From assembly GCA_964507075.1 (NCBI GenBank), contig CAZDOL010000005.1, positions 1-7,636 of the forward strand: 7,636 nt of DNA. Reading direction: 5' to 3'. Below, piece after piece: positions 1-5,789 of this stretch (position 1 is the first letter of the stretch; each line of letters begins with the position of its first letter). The translations under genes and the position numbers were made by a program. The notes under the pieces were generated by a model, which did no database searches, was not told the DNA's origin, and saw only the letters and a list, made by a program, of their open reading frames with translations. The stretch comes from an uncultured Gammaproteobacteria bacterium (GTDB taxonomy: Bacteria > Patescibacteriota > Patescibacteriia > UBA2591 > UBA6264).

Positions 1-644
1 TTAAAAATGCGACAAATTAGCTCTCTGTTTTCGGGATAATACATCTCTCCAATAAGAATATTCTTTCTAAGATCTACTTCTGTCGAACCAGAGGTTTGAC
101 AGGACTCACCATTCAAAAAGCAACCCTTTCCTTTTTCCGCTGACCACAAATCCCCATTCCTCAAATCTACGCATCCAGCTACTTCCACGTCTTGGAAGCG
201 ACATTCACCCTTGTCGGGCGAAGAAAAAATAGCTACGCTGCAAGAAAAAGGCAATCCCAAGGTTTTACCTTTTTTGGCAAAATTAAGACTTCCGTCTAAA
301 GGATCCACAGTGACATAATGTTGCTCGGGAGAAATACCTATTGAGATTTCTTCTTTCCCCTCAATCTGTAATCGGCAATCAAAATTATTTTCTCTCAAGG
401 AATTTTCTATCATCTGCCCCAAGAAAACGTCTGCTTGAATTTCAATGTCATTATCAAGGTCACCAAATGCTTCACCCTTGCCAATCACTTGACTTCCTTC
501 TTTTTGACTAAGCTTTTGCAGAGACACAAAGGCATTTTTTAAGATACCTTCAAGCATTTTAATCTTTTCACTTTTTTCCTTTTCTCCCCCTGAAGCAATC
601 TCAGATGGATTAGAGTCATTGCGTGTTTCTTTTGGAAAACTCAT
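1..644 (-). CDS. Inositol monophosphatase / fructose-1,6-bisphosphatase family (IMPase superfamily) phosphatase; 5' complete, 3' end runs off the window
   Basis: Absent from the ORF track because it has no in-window stop. Hand translation from ATG (644..642) stays open for 214 codons down to position 3: MSFPKETRNDSNPSEIASGGEKEKSEKIKMLEGILKNAFVSLQKLSQKEGSQVIGKGEAFGDLDNDIEIQADVFLGQMIENSLRENNFDCRLQIEGKEEISIGISPEQHYVTVDPLDGSLNFAKKGKTLGLPFSCSVAIFSSPDKGECRFQDVEVAGCVDLRNGDLWSAEKGKGCFLNGESCQTSGSTEVDLRKNILIGEMYYPENRELICRIF... An acidic 'EGKEE' segment followed by 'VTVDPLDGSLNF' matches the IMPase-superfamily DP(I/L)DG(S/T) metal-binding signature. The TAA-like 'tta' at 1-3 is not in this frame. Confidence 0.7.
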   Translation of the reverse strand, partial: MSFPKETRNDSNPSEIASGGEKEKSEKIKMLEGILKNAFVSLQKLSQKEGSQVIGKGEAFGDLDNDIEIQADVFLGQMIENSLRENNFDCRLQIEGKEEISIGISPEQHYVTVDPLDGSLNFAKKGKTLGLPFSCSVAIFSSPDKGECRFQDVEVAGCVDLRNGDLWSAEKGKGCFLNGESCQTSGSTEVDLRKNILIGEMYYPENRELICRIF

Positions 645-683
645 ATTTTAAAAATTAAATAGATAATTTATTTATTCTTATAA

Positions 684-712
684 ATTATACTACGAAACAA
701 TGTTTTTGCCAA
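684..712 (-). promoter_or_regulatory. Sigma70-type promoter for the IMPase-family gene (TTGGCA-17-TATAAT)
   Basis: Minus strand reads TTGGCA (712..707), a 17-nt spacer, then TATAAT (689..684), about 40 nt upstream of the ATG at 644. No Shine-Dalgarno lies between promoter and start. Confidence 0.45.
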
Positions 713-733
713 TCTTTAAATACAAAAAGTTTT

Positions 734-759
734 CAAGCCCGCAGTTGCCTACGGGCTTG
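734..759 (-). terminator. GC-rich hairpin downstream of the Nudix gene (putative intrinsic terminator)
   Basis: 8-bp stem CAAGCCCG (734-741) / CGGGCTTG (752-759) with a 10-nt loop, 18 nt past the Nudix stop. The T-run directly abuts the stem only on the plus strand (760-763 tttt). On the minus strand the stem is followed by GAAAACTTTTTG, so it is non-canonical for the gene it follows. Confidence 0.45.
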
Positions 760-777
760 TTTTATGTGTGAACAGAA

Positions 778-1404
778 TCAATAATAGAGAAAGAAATCAC
801 CAAGCGCGCTTTTCGTGAGAGCGCAAAAGATTTTTTGCTCTTTGGAAAGAGCTGCGATCTTTTGCTTTGTATAAAAATCGCACTTCAGAATTCTCTCGGT
901 ACTATCGGGCTTCCTTTCTGAGAATTTTTTGCGGTCTATTTCAGCCGCAAAAATAGGAATTCCAGGATTCTTATAAAAGGCCGTATTAGGGTTGGTTATG
1001 CCAATCAACTCTAGTTTACGAACCACAAGTTGGGTTTCTTCTCCCAACTCTCTAATGCCGGTCTCTCCTTCTGTTTCAATTCCTATACCGAAACCCCGAG
1101 GGGTTTCGAGGCTTACGAGACCACCTTGTAAGCCAGTACAGGGGTCGGAAATGACAGGGCGCACAATGGAAATCAACCCAACTAAGAGCTGATGTTCGTT
1201 CCAATACCACGGAACAACGATGGCACCCCCTTTTTCCCAGATTTCATACTGATCGAAAATAGGTTTGCCATCATCGTCACAGATAACGACTCTTTCTATT
1301 GAGCCAAAACGAGGATTGGATAATCCACCGTTCTCATCAAGCTTCCATCCAGGCTGGAATCCCGGAAATTCCTTAGCAACTTCTGACAATTTTCTAACTT
1401 TCAT
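778..1404 (-). CDS. Nudix hydrolase (ADP-ribose pyrophosphatase-like)
   Basis: 208-aa ORF. GFGIGIETEGETGIRELGEETQL fits the Nudix box G-x5-E-x7-R-E-U-x-E-E-x-G-U, except for Q at the penultimate G position. Strong SD GGAGGA (1413..1408) lies 3 nt from the ATG. It is the only gene in the window ending in TGA. Confidence 0.8.
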   Translation of the reverse strand: MKVRKLSEVAKEFPGFQPGWKLDENGGLSNPRFGSIERVVICDDDGKPIFDQYEIWEKGGAIVVPWYWNEHQLLVGLISIVRPVISDPCTGLQGGLVSLETPRGFGIGIETEGETGIRELGEETQLVVRKLELIGITNPNTAFYKNPGIPIFAAEIDRKKFSERKPDSTERILKCDFYTKQKIAALSKEQKIFCALTKSALGDFFLYY

Positions 1405-1467
1405 GTGTCCTCCATAAAAAGAACTATATTGGAATAATTAATTTTTATTTTATCCCAATTATGTTAA

Positions 1468-1496
1468 AAGTATGGCAGATTCGCTGGATTTGTCAA
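1468..1496 (-). promoter_or_regulatory. Possible promoter for the Nudix gene (TTGACA-17-ATACTT)
   Basis: Perfect -35 TTGACA (1496..1491). The -10 candidate at 17-nt spacing, ATACTT (1473..1468), is poor. Weak call. Confidence 0.3.
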
Positions 1497-1508
1497 GATA
1501 TACAAAAT

Positions 1509-1529
1509 AACCAACCCGTCGGGTTGGTT
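1509..1529 (-). terminator. Intrinsic terminator after the metallophosphoesterase gene
   Basis: 9-bp stem AACCAACCC (1509-1517) / GGGTTGGTT (1521-1529) with a 3-nt loop, 15 nt past the stop at 1544. Followed on the minus strand by ATTTTGTA. Confidence 0.6.
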
Positions 1530-1543
1530 ATAGGTTGATTATA

Positions 1544-2383
1544 TTAAAAATTCTTTCTGAGGGTGAATAGGGTTATTTCTGGGCAGGAATTGAAACGAAT
1601 TGGCAACTTTTTTGTGCCAATTCCTCTATTAACATACACATAAGCAACTTTGACTTTGAACAACCCCCGGGCGTATTTGCCATGATATTTAGTAGGAGAC
1701 CAAAAAGCACGAACACCCGGAATTTTAACCTGTCCGCCATGCGTATGACCAACTAAAATTAAATCAGCATCCCCTGCCCGAAAATCATCTACTATCTCTG
1801 GACTATGTGATAATAGTATTCTTATTGAAGAATTATCTACGCCTTGCAATGCTTTTAGTAAATTATGATGATTTGTGTGTGGGTCATTAACACCAAGCAA
1901 CCAAATATATTGTCCTTCTCTTTCTAATTTTATGTTCTCATTATCAAGAACCTGTATGCCTGATTTTTCTAAAATATCTTTTATAATAATGGGTTCTATT
2001 TTTTCATCCTCATAAAGATGATTTCCAAACACAGCATAAACACAACCAGAATTTATTTTTCCTAATTTTTCCCAAAATTTAATATTAGAATCTATTTTTT
2101 TCTGCCGAGCCTCATTTATATCGCCGGTTATAAAAATAAAATCAGCCTTTTGCTGGCTGATAATTTCTAAAATTCTTTTTTCTTTTCTCCCAAATTTTTT
2201 GGAATGCAAATCGCTAATTTGAATAATTTTCAATCCTTCAAAGTTTTCTGGTAATTTTTCCAAAGATATGGTTTTGCGTTCTAAGCGAATATCAAATGGT
2301 TCTTTAAACAATGAATAAACAATAAGAATTATTAAAAATAAAACTCCGATAATTTCCAAGAAAACCATAATTTCGTTAGTCAT
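1544..2383 (-). CDS. Membrane-anchored calcineurin-like metallophosphoesterase (YkuE/YaeI-like)
   Basis: 279 aa. N-terminal hydrophobic helix IMVFLEIIGVLFLIILIVYSLF. Ordered metallophosphoesterase motifs: SDLHS (D-x-H), TGDINE (G-D), FGNH (G-N-H), LSHSP, VGHTHGGQ (G-H-x-H). The ATG (2383..2381) overlaps the uppS TAA by 1 nt (TAATG). Confidence 0.85.
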   Translation of the reverse strand: MTNEIMVFLEIIGVLFLIILIVYSLFKEPFDIRLERKTISLEKLPENFEGLKIIQISDLHSKKFGRKEKRILEIISQQKADFIFITGDINEARQKKIDSNIKFWEKLGKINSGCVYAVFGNHLYEDEKIEPIIIKDILEKSGIQVLDNENIKLEREGQYIWLLGVNDPHTNHHNLLKALQGVDNSSIRILLSHSPEIVDDFRAGDADLILVGHTHGGQVKIPGVRAFWSPTKYHGKYARGLFKVKVAYVYVNRGIGTKKLPIRFNSCPEITLFTLRKNF

Positions 2384-3093
2384 TATTTTCCAAAACGTCT
2401 TTTTCTTTGCGAATAATCAGCTAAAATACCATCCACATCTTTTTCGGTAATACTGGGCCAATGTTTATTAAGGAAGCATAATTCCGAGTAAGCTGATTGC
2501 CAAAGCAAAAAACCAGATAATCTCATTTCCGAAGTCCGAACAATTAGGTCTGGGTCGGGCAATTCAGGTTTCCATAAATATTTATTGATTAAATTTTCTT
2601 TAATAGCAGATACTTTTACTTTCTCTTTGATAATTCTTTTAACAGCTTGAACTATTTCTGAACGACCTCCATAATTAAAAGCCAAATTGACTATCCCTTT
2701 CTTGTTGTCTTTGGTTTTTCTTTGAACATCTTGAGCAATTTTTTTTATTTCCGCAGACAAACGTGGGTCTTTTGTCCATCCCGAAATTAACAACTTAATG
2801 TCTCTTTTTATAAAATATTTTAAATCTCGACAAAAAATTTGCTTAACCAGCTTCATTAAATGATTTATTTCTCCTTGACTACGTGCCCAGTTTTCCGTAG
2901 AAAAAATATAAAAGCTTAAAACTTTAACTCCCCTAGCAAAAGACCAATCTATAACCTTTTTTACCTTTTCATACCCCTTTTTATGCCCATAATTAGTAGG
3001 CAAATTGCGCTGACGTGCCCACCGCCGATTGCCATCCACAATAAAGCCAATGTGCTCGGGAATATTAACTAATTCCTTTTTTGAGATTTTCAT
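2383..3093 (-). CDS. uppS: Undecaprenyl-diphosphate synthase (cis-prenyltransferase / isoprenyl transferase)
   Basis: 236 aa with hallmark UppS motifs: HIGFIVDGNRRWA near the N-terminus, FSTENWARS, and the C-terminal RTSEMRLSGFLLWQSAYSELCF and RFG. Confidence 0.95.
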   Translation of the reverse strand: MKISKKELVNIPEHIGFIVDGNRRWARQRNLPTNYGHKKGYEKVKKVIDWSFARGVKVLSFYIFSTENWARSQGEINHLMKLVKQIFCRDLKYFIKRDIKLLISGWTKDPRLSAEIKKIAQDVQRKTKDNKKGIVNLAFNYGGRSEIVQAVKRIIKEKVKVSAIKENLINKYLWKPELPDPDLIVRTSEMRLSGFLLWQSAYSELCFLNKHWPSITEKDVDGILADYSQRKRRFGK

Positions 3094-3166
3094 AATTAAA
3101 TTACCTTAATCTTTATACAATAATATTTAATTTCAAGGTTCTAACGAGCGGAGCGAGGAATGGTTC

Positions 3167-3583
3167 TTATATTTTTTGCTTAACAATAGTAATATTTGGC
3201 TCTCGGTTGTAAAAGGGCTGAACTGCCCTATATTTTTTTCTTTTAGAAATTTGCGACCAAGATTTTTTGATTAAATCAGTGTTGGTTATTCCCTCAGAAA
3301 TGTTAACGCCTTTAACTGGAATAGACAAAACCCAACCCAAAGTATTTGCGACAGAAAGAACAATTCTAATACCTACAAAAGAACCAGGGCCATTGACGAT
3401 TATAATGCCCTGAAGGTTTTTTATTTTCTTTTTGCTTTGTTTTATGGCTTTATCTAAAATTGCTAAAATATTTTCTTTACTTTTATTTTTGATTATCTCC
3501 TCAAACCATTTAATATGACTGGGATTTTCAAATAAAGCCAAAGATATTTTCTTTTCCTGTAGGCTGTTGATAAATAGAAACAT
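3167..3583 (-). CDS. tsaB: Minimal TsaB (YeaZ)-like protein, t6A tRNA-modification accessory subunit
   Basis: 138 aa. IIIVNGPGSFVGIRIVLSVANTLGW matches the TsaB/YeaZ G-P-G-S-F-T-G-L-R-I-G core. The C-terminal QPFYNREPNIT resembles the usual TsaB C-terminal P-x-Y-x-R motif. About 90 aa shorter than typical TsaB. Confidence 0.7.
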   Translation of the reverse strand: MFLFINSLQEKKISLALFENPSHIKWFEEIIKNKSKENILAILDKAIKQSKKKIKNLQGIIIVNGPGSFVGIRIVLSVANTLGWVLSIPVKGVNISEGITNTDLIKKSWSQISKRKKYRAVQPFYNREPNITIVKQKI

Positions 3584-3600
3584 TCTTATATTTTATCAGA

Positions 3601-3606
3601 ATTATA
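3601..3606 (-). promoter_or_regulatory. Candidate -10 box (TATAAT) for the tsaB-uppS-phosphoesterase operon
   Basis: Minus strand TATAAT (3606..3601), 17 nt upstream of the tsaB ATG. The hexamer at 17-nt spacing is GGTGTG, so there is no -35 match, and it lies inside the 30-nt palindrome. Confidence 0.3.
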
Positions 3607-3618
3607 TTCTTTTTGCCA

Positions 3619-3648
3619 GCCCCCACACCTATGCATAGGTGTGGGGGC
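3619..3648. repeat. Perfect 30-nt GC-rich palindrome (15-bp arms) in a divergent intergenic region
   Basis: GCCCCCACACCTATG|CATAGGTGTGGGGGC. Every position pairs from 3633/3634 out to 3619/3648; the first mismatch is 3618/3649. It lies upstream of both predicted divergent promoters, so neither is predicted to transcribe it. No flanking T-run. Confidence 0.9.
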
Positions 3649-3673
3649 CAGTCTTTATCCCCTCAAAAAAATG

Positions 3674-3702
3674 TTTACATTTAACTTATTTTATACTATA
3701 AT
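3674..3702 (+). promoter_or_regulatory. Sigma70-type promoter for the 654-aa gene (TTTACA-17-TATAAT), near-leaderless
   Basis: TTTACA 3674-3679, a 17-nt spacer, TATAAT 3697-3702. Only 8 nt (aaatctat) separate the -10 box from the ATG at 3711, and there is no SD. Confidence 0.55.
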
Positions 3703-3710
3703 AAATCTAT

Positions 3711-5675
3711 ATGAAAAAAGAACTTCAAATTGGACACTTTTGTTTTTCTAACCCCAGGGAATCTAATAGTTATTCCCGTGTTTATTTGACTGAACCTACT
3801 GAAAAATTTTTGGGGAAATATGGACGTTTAGTAATTTTAGCTAATATTAACTTTGCTTCCAAATCTAATCGCCAAACCTTTTCTTGGGCTGAAGAATGGA
3901 TAGAAAAATTAACGAATTTAGCCAAAAATAGCCTTTACAAGACGGGTCAACCTTCTGTCAATTTGGAGCAAAACTTAGAAAATCTATTACAACAACTAAA
4001 TGTTTGGTTATCACAAGAAAAAGTATCACAACCCGAAATTTTTGAAGAAGAATTGGAAAACTACGACATAACTATTGTTTTAATAAAAAATAGAGAAATC
4101 CAATTCAGTAAAATTGGTGAATTAAGAACCTATTTAGTAGAAAACAATCACCTAGAAGAATTGGGCGAAGAAAAAAAACAAAGCAGAACTACTAAATTTG
4201 CAAATATTGTTAGTGGAAACTTAGAGGCAAACAACATTCTGTTCTTTGCTAACCAAAATTTATTTGATTGCTTTTCCACAGAAAAAATAGTTCAAATATT
4301 GAACAATACTCCATTGTGGCAAATTAAATCTGAATTCAAGGGACTTTTCAATGAAGATCTTAATCGTTTAAATATGCTGGGAGTGGCCATAGCCTATCGC
4401 TCTGAGTTAATAAAAGCAACAACACCTCCGTTGCCAAAGACAATCGAAAAAAATGATATACTTCCAAAAAAGCCGGTCAAACAACCGATTGTCCTCGCTA
4501 AACCTCCTGCTCGTTTGTCAAAAAAAACAAAATTACCACGCAAAAATTGGATTGTTAAAATTTTACTCGTAGCATTTGTTATTTGCGCTTTAGGGTTTGT
4601 AGCCAGTTTAATTATTTTAAATCACAATCAAAAAATAACATTAGAGAAAAAACAATACGCCCAGACCTTAATTGAATTAGAAAATAAAAAAGAACAATTA
4701 GCAATAGCTATGCTTTCTTCCGCTACTGAGGCCCCTAAAGAAGTTGGAAAAATATTTGAAGAAATTGAACTAATGTTAGATAAATTGTCGCGGAAAAACA
4801 AGGAACAAGAAGAATCCTTCCAATTCTTATATTCTGAGCATATACAAAAACGTAATGAATTTTACAAAATTACTGAACTGACTGAACCATTAATGTTGAT
4901 TGACCTTTTGTTAATTGACGAAAACGCACAAACAAAAGGTTGCGCTAAAATGAACAATAATCTTTATATTTTCAATCCGAAAAATAATTATATCTATACG
5001 ATTGACATAGAAAAGAAAGAAGCTGAAATCATTAACAAAACATCAGCTAATGTGGGTTATTTAGAAAAAATATACCAATGGGACAATGATAATCTTATTG
5101 GCTACGACCAAAACCAAAACTTAATTGAGTTTAACGCTATTGACAATGAATTGTCTCCCTTGACCTTGGTAACAGAATATAAGGCAGATGAAATGATAGA
5201 TTTACAAATATATAACCGCCGACTTTATGTTTTAAGGCCGTCCATTAACCAAATCTATAAATATCAAAAAATAATGGATGGTTTCGGCAAAGAACAGTCA
5301 TGGATAAAAAATGAAAATGTTGATGTCTCTGAAGGCCTTAGTTTAACTATTGATGGAGCAATCTATGTTCTGCAAAAAAACGGACAGATAACAAAATTAT
5401 ACGAAGGACAAAGAACGAGTTTTGATCTAAGTGAAATTAAACCAGAACTATCTTTGAAGAAGGCAATAAAAATTTTTACTAACGACGAATTAGACAATCT
5501 TTATGTTTTAGACGAAGATACGCAAAGAATAATTGTTTTGAACAAAACAGGAGAATTAATCCAACAATTTATGTCCAACGATTTCACTAATCTCAAAGAT
5601 TTTGCCGTTAGTGATAAAGAGGACAAAATCTGGGCATTAAATGGATCCAAAATTTTTGAAATAAAATTAAAATAA
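3711..5675 (+). CDS. Hypothetical single-pass membrane protein: degenerate PP2C-like N-domain, TM helix, coiled-coil, repeat-rich (beta-propeller-like) C-domain
   Basis: 654-aa ORF, the only long plus-strand ORF. The TM helix IVKILLVAFVICALGFVASLIIL (aa ~281-303, nt ~4551-4619) is preceded by the basic stretch ARLSKKTKLPRKNW, which predicts the N-terminus inside. The C-terminal ~260 aa carries recurring hydrophobic strand pairs (LYIFNPKNNYIYTID, RLYVLRPSINQIYKY, AIYVLQKNGQITKLY, NLYVLDEDTQRIIVLNKTGE, KIWALNGSKIFEIKL). Confidence 0.85.
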   Translation: MKKELQIGHFCFSNPRESNSYSRVYLTEPTEKFLGKYGRLVILANINFASKSNRQTFSWAEEWIEKLTNLAKNSLYKTGQPSVNLEQNLENLLQQLNVWLSQEKVSQPEIFEEELENYDITIVLIKNREIQFSKIGELRTYLVENNHLEELGEEKKQSRTTKFANIVSGNLEANNILFFANQNLFDCFSTEKIVQILNNTPLWQIKSEFKGLFNEDLNRLNMLGVAIAYRSELIKATTPPLPKTIEKNDILPKKPVKQPIVLAKPPARLSKKTKLPRKNWIVKILLVAFVICALGFVASLIILNHNQKITLEKKQYAQTLIELENKKEQLAIAMLSSATEAPKEVGKIFEEIELMLDKLSRKNKEQEESFQFLYSEHIQKRNEFYKITELTEPLMLIDLLLIDENAQTKGCAKMNNNLYIFNPKNNYIYTIDIEKKEAEIINKTSANVGYLEKIYQWDNDNLIGYDQNQNLIEFNAIDNELSPLTLVTEYKADEMIDLQIYNRRLYVLRPSINQIYKYQKIMDGFGKEQSWIKNENVDVSEGLSLTIDGAIYVLQKNGQITKLYEGQRTSFDLSEIKPELSLKKAIKIFTNDELDNLYVLDEDTQRIIVLNKTGELIQQFMSNDFTNLKDFAVSDKEDKIWALNGSKIFEIKLK

Positions 5676-5678
5676 AAT

Positions 5679-5781
5679 ACGAATCAACACTAATCTTAAA
5701 ACGAATACACACAAATCACGAATATGCCATTACTATTGTTCGTGATTCGTGAAAATTCGTCATTAATTCGTGAAAATTCGT
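5679..5781. repeat. Array of ACGAAT / ATTCGT hexamers, including two identical 16-mers at 21-bp period, in the convergent intergenic region
   Basis: ACGAAT at 5679-5684, 5701-5706 and 5718-5723. ATTCGT at 5745-5750, 5755-5760, 5766-5771 and 5776-5781, plus gTTCGT at 5738-5743. ATTCGTGAAAATTCGT is identical at 5745-5760 and 5766-5781. A 9-bp inverted repeat AATCACGAA (5714-5722) / TTCGTGATT (5739-5747) is present. A T-run at 5785-5791 follows. Confidence 0.8.
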
Positions 5782-5789
5782 ATCTTTTT

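Noticed and set aside
1-3. 'tta' (TAA on the minus strand) at the window edge as the stop of the first gene
   Set aside because: It is out of frame with the ATG at 644: 644 nt is not a multiple of 3, and the reading frame ends on position 3 with codon TTT. The CDS is therefore treated as truncated by the window.
778-780. Possible alternative genetic code (UGA recoded), since CPR-like lineages sometimes use code 25
   Set aside because: All long ORFs are intact under the standard code. The single TGA terminates the Nudix gene at a sensible length and is followed by a hairpin, and read-through yields no meaningful extension.
992-1192. 66-aa plus-strand ORF
   Set aside because: It lies entirely antisense within the well-supported Nudix gene. 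The sequence is low-complexity and S/P-rich, with no start context or promoter. It is a typical shadow ORF.
4171-4527. A8 homopolymer tracts (4171-4178, 4520-4527) in the 654-aa gene as phase-variation switches
   Set aside because: Such runs are expected in Lys-rich coding sequence of a very AT-rich genome. A similar A8 occurs in rplL codons 4-6. There is no evidence of frame disruption.
5679-5781. CRISPR array or LexA (Cheo) box in the hexamer region
   Set aside because: The repeats are 6-16 nt with 4-16 nt gaps, far too short for CRISPR repeats and spacers, and no cas genes are present. The GAAC-N4-GTAA element around 5732-5743 (minus strand) only partially matches GAAC-N4-GTTC.
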